A stretch of 64,000 nt of DNA from a virus, in the IMG/VR virus record IMGVR_UViG_3300032315_000748; one strand, given 5' to 3'. The translations under genes were made by a program, and so were the position numbers. Positions 10,082 through 19,280 of this stretch are shown here, one piece after another (within the stretch, counting starts at the first letter, position 1; each line of letters begins with the position of its first letter). Below the pieces are notes generated by a model. It was not told the origin of the DNA. It saw only the letters and a program-made list of their open reading frames with translations, and searched no databases.

Positions 10082-10360
10082 ATGACTTTTAAATTAACAC
10101 AAGAACAGACCGAAACTATTCAAGCAGTATTTGATAATCAACGACCCGGAAAGTCTGACTATGATTGTTGGGAAGGAATAAACAAACAACTTCAATCAAC
10201 AGATGAAAATCGGATTAGAATAAATGAAGAAGGAAAAGAAGAATTTACAATCTTTTACAGTGAAATTATTACCCCAAATAGGACAAGACTTCATATAATG
10301 AAAGTCTATGTGGATATGCAAGAGAGGTTGAGATTATTTGCGAATTGTGGTTACCTTTGA
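10082..10360 (+). CDS. Hypothetical protein
   Basis: 92-aa ORF in operon. Confidence 0.6.
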   Translation: MTFKLTQEQTETIQAVFDNQRPGKSDYDCWEGINKQLQSTDENRIRINEEGKEEFTIFYSEIITPNRTRLHIMKVYVDMQERLRLFANCGYL

Positions 10361-10373
10361 ACTTATTTAAATT

Positions 10374-11327
10374 ATGAACACAGACAGAACTGACTTCTTG
10401 TGGTGCGAAAAATATCGCCCAAAGACGATTGAAGATTGTATCCTTCCAGAAGGTATTAAAAAGACTTTCCAAGACTTTCTAAATAGGGGTGAAATTCCAA
10501 ATATGCTACTTGCCGGTCCTGCCGGATGTGGTAAGACTACAGTAGCAAAAGCACTATGTAATGAATTAGGAGTAGATTTTTATGTCATTAACGGATCCGA
10601 CGAAGGTAGATTCCTTGATACTGTCAGAAACAATGCGAAAAACTTCGCTTCGACCGTCTCACTTTCTTCGGATGCTAAACACAAAGTCATCATCATTGAC
10701 GAAGCAGATAACACAACCAATGATGTACAACTCCTCTTACGGGCATTTACTGAGGAATTTAGTAGGAATTGTAGATTCATCTTCACCTGTAACTACAAAA
10801 ATAAAATCATTGAACCCCTCCACTCCCGATGTGCAGTTGTTGAGTTCTCAATCAAAGGAAAAGAAAAAGCGCAGTTGGCAGGATCCTTTTTCAAGCGTCT
10901 TCAAAACATCTTGGATGAAGAGAGGATCCGATATGATCCGAAAGTCCTTGCGGAACTGATCAATAAGCACTTTCCTGATTTCAGACGAGTCACCAACGAA
11001 TGTCAAAGGTATTCTGTAAGTGGTGAAATTGATTCTGGTATTCTTGCATCGTTCTCTGACGTAAAAGTAAATGATCTCATTAAATGTCTCAAGGAAAAGA
11101 ACTTTACGGAAGTTCGTAAATGGGTTGTATCCAATCTTGATAATGACACTTCTGTTATTCTTCGTAGGGTGTATGATGCACTTTATGAATCTTTGGTTCC
11201 TGCCAGTATTCCTGCTGCTGTTCTTGTTATTGCGAAATATTTGTATCAAGGGGGATTTGTAGCAGATCAGGAGATAAATCTTCTTGCTTGCCTGATTGAA
11301 ATAATGTGTGAGTGCGAGTTTCTATGA
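10374..11327 (+). CDS. gp44: Clamp loader large subunit gp44
   Basis: EKYRPKTI, GPAGCGKTT, IIIDEAD, PLHSRC. Confidence 0.97.
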   Translation: MNTDRTDFLWCEKYRPKTIEDCILPEGIKKTFQDFLNRGEIPNMLLAGPAGCGKTTVAKALCNELGVDFYVINGSDEGRFLDTVRNNAKNFASTVSLSSDAKHKVIIIDEADNTTNDVQLLLRAFTEEFSRNCRFIFTCNYKNKIIEPLHSRCAVVEFSIKGKEKAQLAGSFFKRLQNILDEERIRYDPKVLAELINKHFPDFRRVTNECQRYSVSGEIDSGILASFSDVKVNDLIKCLKEKNFTEVRKWVVSNLDNDTSVILRRVYDALYESLVPASIPAAVLVIAKYLYQGGFVADQEINLLACLIEIMCECEFL

Positions 11328-11491
11328 GACCTGAAACAAGAGAAGCAATGGAAATGCTTTTTGCTGCTAAGTGGAACCTTCCAAAGGCAGCAGAGCATTG
11401 TAATCTTACTCATAAGGAGTGTAAGATTGTGTTTAATGAGTATTGTAATTTTCACCCAAAGACTTATGAAATCCCTGAAAACCTGTCTTAG
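11324..11491 (+). CDS. Small hypothetical protein (55 aa, not in ORF track)
   Basis: MRPETREAMEMLFAAKWNLPKAAEHCNLTHKECKIVFNEYCNFHPKTYEIPENLS; ATGA overlap with gp44 stop. Confidence 0.7.
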   Translation: MRPETREAMEMLFAAKWNLPKAAEHCNLTHKECKIVFNEYCNFHPKTYEIPENLS

Positions 11492-12371
11492 ATACCCCGG
11501 CGGTAAGTCTCGTGCTTGCGTCAAGATGGACCCATATTTTCCGGACTTACGAGACTATGATGAGTTTCGGGAACCATTTCTTGGTGGTGGAAGTGTTGCA
11601 ATTCACATTACAAAGAAGTATCCAAACTTGGATATTTGGGTGAATGATCTTTATGAACCTCTGGTAAATTTCTGGCAGCAACTCCAGATGTTTGGGGAAG
11701 AAATGAAAAACATATTGGCGGAATTAAAAACCGAACATAATACTCCAGAACTAGCAAGGGATTTATTTACAGCAGCTAAGACACATATTAATAATGAAGA
11801 TTATCCAAATCTTGGTCGTGCTGTAGATTTTTATATTGTTAATAAATGTTCTTTTAGTGGACTCACAGAAAGTTCCTCATTTTCGCCACAGGCAAGCAAC
11901 TCCAACTTCTCCCTGCGTGGTATTGAAAAACTGCCAGAGTATTCTAAACTGATTGAGAAGTGGCGTATAACTAATTATTCCTATGATTATTTGATGGATG
12001 GAAACAAAGGTGCGTTTATGTATCTTGATCCTCCTTATGATATTAAGGATAATCTCTATGGGTGCAAAGGATCAATGCACAAAGGATTTGATCACGATAA
12101 GTTTGCTGCTGATTGCGATGCTAATGATATGGATCAGTTGGTGAGTTATAATTCTGACCAACTTGTAATGGATAGATTTAAAAACTGGAATGCTGCGGAG
12201 TTTGATCTAACTTACACGATGCGTTCTGTGGGTGAATATATGCGAGAACAGAAAGAACGAAAAGAACTTCTGTTATTCAATTACAGCAAAAATCCTAAAA
12301 TACAGTTTAGTTTTGATGGATGTTATAATTATGATAGATTGAAGAAAGGGGGATTATTGGATGACGTATGA
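11466..12371 (+). CDS. dam: DNA adenine methyltransferase (Dam/D12 class)
   Basis: LRYPGGKS, EPFLGGGS, YLDPPY; start re-called at ATG 11466. Confidence 0.92.
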   Translation: MKSLKTCLRYPGGKSRACVKMDPYFPDLRDYDEFREPFLGGGSVAIHITKKYPNLDIWVNDLYEPLVNFWQQLQMFGEEMKNILAELKTEHNTPELARDLFTAAKTHINNEDYPNLGRAVDFYIVNKCSFSGLTESSSFSPQASNSNFSLRGIEKLPEYSKLIEKWRITNYSYDYLMDGNKGAFMYLDPPYDIKDNLYGCKGSMHKGFDHDKFAADCDANDMDQLVSYNSDQLVMDRFKNWNAAEFDLTYTMRSVGEYMREQKERKELLLFNYSKNPKIQFSFDGCYNYDRLKKGGLLDDV

Positions 12372-12747
12372 ATTGAAAGATTGGTTGAATTCTATCAACC
12401 AGAATAAAAAAAATATTATGAATGATGACCCATCATCAGAAAAAGATTATTCTCCTTATGTTATTAATCATTGCCTTTCGGGACATATTGATTGCGTAAT
12501 GTACGCAAATGAGATGAATAAGTATAACTTTTTGCCAAAAAGACTTCAATATGATTTTTTTATAAATATAATTAGGAAAAAGAAGAGATTCTCTCCTTGG
12601 TTAAAAAAGGAAAAAATCAAAGATATTGATTATGTCAAACGTTATTATGGATATAATAATGAAAAGGCACTACAAGCTTTGTCTATTCTATCAAAAGAAC
12701 AATTAACATTTATTAAAGCGAAATTTGAAACTGGAGGAACAAAATGA
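12361..12747 (+). CDS. gp62: Clamp loader small subunit gp62
   Basis: ELKDWLNSIN, RKKKRFSPWLKK, YYGYNNEKA. Confidence 0.93.
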   Translation: MTYELKDWLNSINQNKKNIMNDDPSSEKDYSPYVINHCLSGHIDCVMYANEMNKYNFLPKRLQYDFFINIIRKKKRFSPWLKKEKIKDIDYVKRYYGYNNEKALQALSILSKEQLTFIKAKFETGGTK

Positions 12748-13181
12748 GTGTAATTCAAGAACCTGTTGTAAATTGGACACCTGACCAAATGGTAGAAGTG
12801 ATCCTAAATGAACCTGATGACTTTCTGAAAGTTCGTGAAACTTTGACACGCATCGGAGTTGCTTCACGCAAGGAAAAGAAAATCTATCAATCTTGCCATA
12901 TTCTTCACAAGCAAGGCAGATACTATCTTGTGCATTTTAAAGAATTATTTGCACTTGATGGAAAACACGCAAATCTTACGGTAAATGATGTCCAACGTCG
13001 TAATCGTATTGTACAACTTCTTGCGGATTGGGGACTTATTACTGTAATTTCTCCGGAAAAAATTACTGATATTGCACCTTTAAATCAAATTAAAGTTCTT
13101 GCATTTAAGGATAAAGGTGAATGGGAACTTGAAACCAAATACAATATTGGTAAAAAGACTAAACCACAGGAAACCGAATGA
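12744..13181 (+). CDS. regA: Translational repressor RegA
   Basis: DDFLKVRETLTRIGVAS, QSCHILHKQGRYYLVHFKELF. Confidence 0.98.
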   Translation: MSVIQEPVVNWTPDQMVEVILNEPDDFLKVRETLTRIGVASRKEKKIYQSCHILHKQGRYYLVHFKELFALDGKHANLTVNDVQRRNRIVQLLADWGLITVISPEKITDIAPLNQIKVLAFKDKGEWELETKYNIGKKTKPQETE

Positions 13182-13187
13182 TTTTGT

Positions 13188-13213
13188 AGGGAGTTCAACA
13201 CTCCCTTTTTTTT
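13188..13213 (+). terminator. Intrinsic terminator after regA
   Basis: AGGGAGT-tcaac-ACTCCCT followed by a T run. Confidence 0.85.
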
Positions 13214-13288
13214 ATGTTTTGTGATATATACTAGTGATGTTGCCTTCGGGGACATCATTCATTTACAGACGCTTTAAGGAGGTCTATT

Positions 13289-13774
13289 ATGTTTGGAACA
13301 GATTCATTTACACTCACAGTACCACAAACTGCAAAGTATTTGTTGGAAATTCAAAAGAATAGTATTGGGATGGATGAGTGGTTTAAAAAATTTGATAGTG
13401 CGTTTGATACACACACAAATTATCCACCATACAATTTAGTCAAAGAAAGTAGCGTTGAATTTAGATTAGAAATCGCACTTGCTGGATACAAAAAAGAAGA
13501 TATTAGGGTATCTACGGAAGAAAATATACTTACCCTTGATGTAGCAGAAGATAAAAAATCCAAAGATGCTACCGAATATCTTCATAATGGAATAGCAAAA
13601 AGAAGATTGAAAAGAACTTGGACTTTATCTAATGATGTAGTTCTTGGTGATGTTTCTTTTGTTGATGGATTGCTTACCATCAAACTAAATAGAGTTATTC
13701 CAGAGCATCAAAAGAGAAAAGTTTATGAAATCATTTCAGGAGTTCGTGAAGACAATTCGGGAAATGAAGGGTGA
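13289..13774 (+). CDS. hsp20: Small heat shock protein Hsp20
   Basis: NYPPYNLVK, LEIALAGY, YLHNGIAKR, DGLLTI; AGGAGG RBS. Confidence 0.93.
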   Translation: MFGTDSFTLTVPQTAKYLLEIQKNSIGMDEWFKKFDSAFDTHTNYPPYNLVKESSVEFRLEIALAGYKKEDIRVSTEENILTLDVAEDKKSKDATEYLHNGIAKRRLKRTWTLSNDVVLGDVSFVDGLLTIKLNRVIPEHQKRKVYEIISGVREDNSGNEG

Positions 13775-13886
13775 TTTTGGCGCTGATGAAAAGATGAGTG
13801 ATCAACCAGTTAATTGTTATGGTAAAACCGTGAAATATAAAATGGCGCCAAACAAAAAAGTATGTGCCTTTAAAAGAAAAAGATAA
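13725..13886 (+). CDS. Small protein with capsid-targeting-like N-terminus (53 aa, not in ORF track)
   Basis: MKSFQEFVKTIREMKGDFGADEK...CAFKRKR; overlaps the hsp20 3' end. Confidence 0.55.
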   Translation: MKSFQEFVKTIREMKGDFGADEKMSDQPVNCYGKTVKYKMAPNKKVCAFKRKR

Positions 13887-13923
13887 ATAATTGTGGGCTA
13901 CCCCAATTAACTATCGTCGCCGC

Positions 13924-13978
13924 AGAGGGGAAGACTGGCAGAATCAGTCTTGACACCCCTCTTTTTTCTTGTTATAAT
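13924..13978 (+). promoter_or_regulatory. Hairpin/terminator overlapping a sigma70 promoter
   Basis: AGAGGGG/CCCCTCT and AAGACTG/CAGTCTT nested stems plus T run; TTGACA(13950)-17 nt-TATAAT(13973). Confidence 0.8.
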
Positions 13979-13999
13979 ATATGAACGTATGAGGAATTT

Positions 14000-14392
14000 A
14001 TGTCAATTAAATTAGCACTTCTTAAATCAGGAGAAGAAGTGATTGCCGATATTAAAGAGATTGTGAATGAAGAAGAAAAGATAGTTTCTCTTCTATTTTC
14101 AAATCCATATGTCGTTAAACTGATTACTCCACAAATTTTAGTTGAAGAATTGTCCGAATCACCAGAGATGGAATATAAAGTTTCCTTTTCTTCTTGGTTG
14201 CCATTATCTCTAGAAAAAGATATTGTGGTTAGGACTGATTGGGTGGTTTCAATTGTAGAACCAGTAGAAATGGTAAAAAAATCTTACGAGGAAAAATTTA
14301 ATGGAAGAGGAAATGACATTGCCGATGGACGAGCAGGTGGAGGAAACGACAATTCAAGTATTGATCTTAACGAATCAATTAGTTTTAGTTAG
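14000..14392 (+). CDS. Conserved cyanophage hypothetical protein (Sm-like)
   Basis: MSIKLALLKSGEEVIADIKE...WLPLS...DWVVSIVEP; upstream of gp43. Confidence 0.75.
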   Translation: MSIKLALLKSGEEVIADIKEIVNEEEKIVSLLFSNPYVVKLITPQILVEELSESPEMEYKVSFSSWLPLSLEKDIVVRTDWVVSIVEPVEMVKKSYEEKFNGRGNDIADGRAGGGNDNSSIDLNESISFS

Positions 14393-14612
14393 TGAAGTAA
14401 GGGAAGTTTTAGCTGACATTGGGCAACCTGATTGTTTGCTAATCAAACCTTTCCAAATCAAAAAAGGAATTTCTGAAAACAATTACCTAGTACCTTGGTT
14501 ATTTGGTGATTATACAAATGAAAAAGAAATTGCTATAAGTTCTGATAAAATTTTAGCATTAGTAGATCCAAAAAAAGATTTACTTGAAGAATATTTAAAA
14601 CTTTCCAAATGA
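14301..14612 (+). CDS. Conserved cyanophage hypothetical protein
   Basis: DIGQPDCLLIKPF...ISSDKILALVDP. Confidence 0.7.
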   Translation: MEEEMTLPMDEQVEETTIQVLILTNQLVLVSEVREVLADIGQPDCLLIKPFQIKKGISENNYLVPWLFGDYTNEKEIAISSDKILALVDPKKDLLEEYLKLSK

Positions 14613-14618
14613 GGATAA

Positions 14619-17114
14619 ATGCGTTTTTATACATCAGTTTATGAGAAATTTAATAAAATTTATGTGAGAGGGTATGAAGACGGAAAGTATTTTGAATCAA
14701 TAGAAGATTTTTATCCCACATTTTATGTTTCTTCAAAAAAGGAAAGTAAGTATAAAACTTTGAGTGGAGAATCAGTAGAACCGATTCAACCCGGAAAAAT
14801 ATCAGAGTGTAAAGATTTTCTTCAAAAATATTCAAATGTTGATGGATTTTCTGTGTATGGAAATGATAATTATAAAGCACAATATATTTCCCAAACATAT
14901 CCAGAAGACGAAATTGAGTTTGATATTAAGAAAATTCGTCTTGTGACAATTGATATTGAGGTTGCTTCTGAGAATGGATTTCCAAATGTATTTGATTGTG
15001 CGGAAGAACTTCTAGCAATCACATTACAAAACTACGCAACAAAGAAGTTGGTATGTTTTGCTTCTCGTCCTTATATTAATACCCGTAAGGATGTTGAATA
15101 TGTTGAGTGTAGAGACGAAATTGATTTAATTCAACATTTTCTCGGATTTTGGGAAAGGGAAACTCCAGATGTGATTACAGGATGGAACTGTGAATTGTAT
15201 GATATTCCTTATATTGCTGGAAGAATTGAAAGAATTTTGGGAGAGAAAGAAGCACGTCGTCTTTCTCCTTGGGGAAATATTCGCAGAAGAGAACTTGTAA
15301 TTAAAGGAAGAGAACAAATCTCTTATGAAATTTCTGGAGTTTCTGTGATTGATTATCTTGATCTTTATAAAAAGTTTACTTACAAAGCACAAGAATCTTA
15401 TCGTCTAGACCATATTGCGAATGTGGAATTAGGCCAAAAGAAATTAGATCACTCTGAATTTGAGACCTTCAAGGATTTTTATACAAAAGATTGGCAGAAG
15501 TTTATTGATTATAATATTAGAGACGTAGAACTTGTAGATCAACTAGAAGATAAAATGAAATTAATTGAACTTTGTTTTACAATGGCGTATGACGCAAAAG
15601 TAAATTTTAATGATGTTTTCTATCAAGTAAGAACTTGGGATGCTATCATTTATAATTACTTAAAGAAAAGAGATATTGTCATTCCTCCTAAGGACCATTC
15701 GGAAAAGAGTGATAAATTTGCTGGTGCATATGTAAAAGATCCAATTCCCGGAAAATATGATTGGGTAGTGAATTTTGACCTTAACAGTCTATACCCTCAC
15801 CTGATTATGCAATATAATATAAGTCCAGAAACTTTAATTGACCAAAGGCATCCTTCTGTAACTATTGATAAAATTTTAAATCAAGATATTACTTTTGATA
15901 AGTATAGTGATTATGCAGTTTGTGCGAATGGCGCGATGTATCGCAAAGATGTTCGTGGATTTCTTCCAGAACTAATGGAAAAAATGTATAACGACCGTGT
16001 AATCTTCAAGAAAAAGATGTTGGTTGCAAAGCAGCAATATGAAAAAACCAAGACAAAAGAATTGGAAAAAGAAATTGCAAGATGCAACAACATCCAAATG
16101 GCGAAAAAGATTTCTCTTAATAGTGCTTATGGTGCTATTGGAAATCAGTATTTCAGGTATTATAAACTAGCAAATGCCGAAGCAATCACAATGTCGGGAC
16201 AAGTTTCCATTCGTTGGATTGAAAGCAAAATGAACTTATACTTGAATAGAATTCTCAAAACTAATAATATTGATTATGTAATTGCTTCTGATACAGATTC
16301 TATCTATCTTAATGTGGGTCCATTGGTTGATAAAGTGTATAGCGAAAAGGAAAAAGATACTAAAAATATTGTTTCATTCCTAGATAAACTCTGCAAGGTA
16401 GAACTTGAAAAATATATTGACAGTTGTTATCAGGAACTGGCAGATTATGTAAATGCTTATGACCAGAAGATGCAAATGAAACGTGAAAATATCGCGGAAC
16501 GTGGAATCTGGACTGCCAAAAAACGATACATCTTAAATGTCTGGGATAGTGAAGGTGTTCGTTATGAAGAACCTAAACTTAAAATAACAGGTATTGAAGC
16601 AGTTAAATCGTCAACTCCTGCCCCTTGTCGTCAAATGATTAAAGACGCACTTAAAATAGTGATGACAAAAACAGAAGATGATCTAATTTCTTTTATAGAT
16701 AATTTTCGTAAAGATTTCAATCAACTTTCCCCAGAAGAAATTTCATTTCCGAGAACAGTTTCTGATGTAAATAAGTATAAATCTTCATCAACTCTTTATA
16801 GTAAAGGAACGCCAATTCACGCAAGAGGAGCAATTCTTTATAATTATTTAATTAAAGAAAAAAAGTTAGATAAGAAGTATGCGAAAATTCAAAATGGCGA
16901 GAAGATTAAATTTTGTTATTTAAAACTTCCAAATCCAATTCAAGAAAATGTTATTTCTTATATTCAAGAATTTCCGAAGGAATTTGGGCTGGACAAATAC
17001 ATTGATTATGACCTACAATTTAGTAAAGCATTTTTGGAGCCAATGAAAGTAATTTTGGATTCAATTGGTTGGAGAACAGAAAAAACAGTAACACTTGACT
17101 CATTTTTTATATAG
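14619..17114 (+). CDS. gp43: Family B DNA polymerase gp43
   Basis: DIEV exonuclease motif, DLNSLYP, KISLNSAYG, ASDTDS, KKRY; no intron or intein. Confidence 0.98.
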   Translation: MRFYTSVYEKFNKIYVRGYEDGKYFESIEDFYPTFYVSSKKESKYKTLSGESVEPIQPGKISECKDFLQKYSNVDGFSVYGNDNYKAQYISQTYPEDEIEFDIKKIRLVTIDIEVASENGFPNVFDCAEELLAITLQNYATKKLVCFASRPYINTRKDVEYVECRDEIDLIQHFLGFWERETPDVITGWNCELYDIPYIAGRIERILGEKEARRLSPWGNIRRRELVIKGREQISYEISGVSVIDYLDLYKKFTYKAQESYRLDHIANVELGQKKLDHSEFETFKDFYTKDWQKFIDYNIRDVELVDQLEDKMKLIELCFTMAYDAKVNFNDVFYQVRTWDAIIYNYLKKRDIVIPPKDHSEKSDKFAGAYVKDPIPGKYDWVVNFDLNSLYPHLIMQYNISPETLIDQRHPSVTIDKILNQDITFDKYSDYAVCANGAMYRKDVRGFLPELMEKMYNDRVIFKKKMLVAKQQYEKTKTKELEKEIARCNNIQMAKKISLNSAYGAIGNQYFRYYKLANAEAITMSGQVSIRWIESKMNLYLNRILKTNNIDYVIASDTDSIYLNVGPLVDKVYSEKEKDTKNIVSFLDKLCKVELEKYIDSCYQELADYVNAYDQKMQMKRENIAERGIWTAKKRYILNVWDSEGVRYEEPKLKITGIEAVKSSTPAPCRQMIKDALKIVMTKTEDDLISFIDNFRKDFNQLSPEEISFPRTVSDVNKYKSSSTLYSKGTPIHARGAILYNYLIKEKKLDKKYAKIQNGEKIKFCYLKLPNPIQENVISYIQEFPKEFGLDKYIDYDLQFSKAFLEPMKVILDSIGWRTEKTVTLDSFFI

Positions 17115-17122
17115 GAGGTAAA

Positions 17123-18127
17123 ATGGATTTTTTAAAAGATATAGTAAACGAAATTGGTGGAGAATACACACAACTTGCATCAGAGATTGACGAAACTGAA
17201 ACGTATGTGGATACTGGTAGTTACATATTCAATGCTCTTGTTAGCGGGAGCATCTTTGGTGGGGTATCTGGTAATAAAATTACTGCAATTGCGGGCGAAT
17301 CAAGCACTGGAAAAACTTTCTTTAGTTTGGCAGTCGTTAAGAATTTTCTTGATAATAATCCTACTGGATACTGTCTGTATTTTGATACTGAAGCTGCAAT
17401 CACCAGATCCTTATTAGAGGGGAGAGGCATTGACACAACTCGCTTGGTCGTTATCAATGTTGTCACCGTAGAAGAGTTCCGTGGGAAGGCGCTTAAAGCA
17501 GTTGATCTTTATATGAAGAAACCCGAAGCAGAACGCAATCCTTGCATGTTTGTGCTAGATTCTTTGGGAATGCTTTCTACCAGTAAGGAGATCAACGATG
17601 CTCTGAACGACAAGGAGGTGCGAGATATGACCAAATCTCAACTCATCAAAGGTGCATTCCGTATGCTCACACTGAAACTGGGTCAGGCAAATATTCCAAT
17701 GATCGTGACAAATCACTTATATTCTGTTGTGGGAGCTTATGTTCCAACACAAGAACAATCTGGAGGAAGTGGATTGAAGTATGCAGCCTCTTCTATAGTT
17801 TATCTTTCCAAAAAGAAAGAAAAAGATGGAACGGAAGTTATTGGTAACATTATTAAATCAAAATTAGTCAAATCTCGTTTAAGCAAAGAAAATCAAGAAG
17901 TAGAAATACGACTTTATTATGATGAAAGAGGTCTTGATAAGTATTATGGTTTATTGGAACTTGGAGAGATTGGTGGATTGTGGAAAAATACTGCTGGTAG
18001 ATATGAAATGGATGGAAAAAAAATATATGGAAAGGAAATATTAAAAAATCCAGAACAATATTTTACACCTCAAGTATTACAAGCACTTGATGAAATTGCT
18101 AGACAAAAATTTTCTTATGGAAAATGA
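17123..18127 (+). CDS. uvsX: RecA-like recombinase UvsX
   Basis: GESSTGKT, YFDTE, VLDSLG, GGSGLKYAAS. Confidence 0.96.
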   Translation: MDFLKDIVNEIGGEYTQLASEIDETETYVDTGSYIFNALVSGSIFGGVSGNKITAIAGESSTGKTFFSLAVVKNFLDNNPTGYCLYFDTEAAITRSLLEGRGIDTTRLVVINVVTVEEFRGKALKAVDLYMKKPEAERNPCMFVLDSLGMLSTSKEINDALNDKEVRDMTKSQLIKGAFRMLTLKLGQANIPMIVTNHLYSVVGAYVPTQEQSGGSGLKYAASSIVYLSKKKEKDGTEVIGNIIKSKLVKSRLSKENQEVEIRLYYDERGLDKYYGLLELGEIGGLWKNTAGRYEMDGKKIYGKEILKNPEQYFTPQVLQALDEIARQKFSYGK

Positions 18128-18135
18128 TATAAATA
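18128..18135 (+). promoter_or_regulatory. T4-type late promoter for the HNH gene
   Basis: Exact TATAAATA immediately after the uvsX stop. Confidence 0.75.
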
Positions 18136-18159
18136 AGTATGGTTACTAACCATACGCAA

Positions 18160-18717
18160 ATGTTTATAGATACGCACCACATAATACCAAGATCTGAAGG
18201 TGGAACTGATGATCCAAAAAATCTTGTTAAACTTCCAAGAAGATTACATCAAGAAGTTCATCATCGTAGGTGGTTAGTTGGTGGATCTATTAATGATTTG
18301 TATGCTTTCCAAATATTAGGTGGAAATTTGTCTGATGATGAATTAAATAAAATTTATGAAGATCAAGTTTATAGATGTAAAAGAGATCAAACTAAATTGA
18401 CCGAATCTAGAATAAATTCTGATAAATGGAAACAATCACATCAAAATGATGAATATAAACAAAAGAAAAGAGAGCAGAGTATTTTATTGAATAAACTTGG
18501 AAAGATTAATTCTGAAGAATCCTCAAAACTTATAAGTGAAAAGAAAAAATCGGTGAAAAATTACAATTCAAAATTAATTTCAGTTTATGGTAAAATATGG
18601 GAGGATGCTTCTAAATGTGTGAGGAATGGTGGCTCTAATGGATTAAGTTTAAGACAATTGAGATACCGAGCGAATGAAATTAATTATCCCGATATATTTT
18701 ATGTGGAGCAAATTTAG
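18160..18717 (+). mobile_element. Free-standing HNH homing endonuclease
   Basis: HHIIPRSEGGTDDPKNLVKLPRRLHQEVH HNH motif; inserted after uvsX; start likely ATG 18160 because ATG 18139 is too close to the promoter. Confidence 0.8.
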
Positions 18718-18719
18718 TT

Positions 18720-19280
18720 ATGGTAATTGATTTAAATTATTTTGTTCAAGTTTATGAAAATGCACTGGAAGAAAATATTTGTGATTTCTTAATTTCATTA
18801 TTTGATCAAGTTCCAGACAAACACGAGAGAGTAGAAAATGAAAGAAAACCAAACTTTACTCAATTCAATCTTACTGAAAATTGTAAAATTACGGAAGAAG
18901 TAAATACTGTTCATAATCATCTAATCAAAAAGACATTTGATTATCGTAATGAATATTATGATATGATTGATAAGAGAGTTTTTCCGGAAGAACACGCATT
19001 TGAACAATTTCGCATTAAGAGGTACAATAATGATGGCAACGATGAATTTGACACTCACGTAGATGTTATAGATCACGCAACATCAAGAAGATATTTGGCA
19101 TTCTTTTGGTATTTGAATGATGTAGAACAGGGAGGAGAAACTAAATTTGCTGATATGATTATACAACCAAAGAAAGGGAGTCTTCTTGTATTCCCTCCTC
19201 TTTGGATGTTTCCTCACGCAGGATTGCAACCAATAAGCAATCCAAAATATATTTTACACACGTATTTGCACTATAAGTAA
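18720..19280 (+). CDS. 2OG-Fe(II) oxygenase
   Basis: HVD...YLNDVEQGGET...FPPLWMFPHAG...KY. Confidence 0.9.
   Translation: MVIDLNYFVQVYENALEENICDFLISLFDQVPDKHERVENERKPNFTQFNLTENCKITEEVNTVHNHLIKKTFDYRNEYYDMIDKRVFPEEHAFEQFRIKRYNNDGNDEFDTHVDVIDHATSRRYLAFFWYLNDVEQGGETKFADMIIQPKKGSLLVFPPLWMFPHAGLQPISNPKYILHTYLHYK

Noticed and set aside
11361-11465. N-terminal extension of dam in the ORF track
   Set aside because: It overlaps a better 55-aa ORF in another frame; Dam similarity starts at ATG 11466
14619-17114. Introns or inteins in gp43 (also checked gp41, nrdA, nrdB)
   Set aside because: All are continuous ORFs of normal length with no splicing motifs
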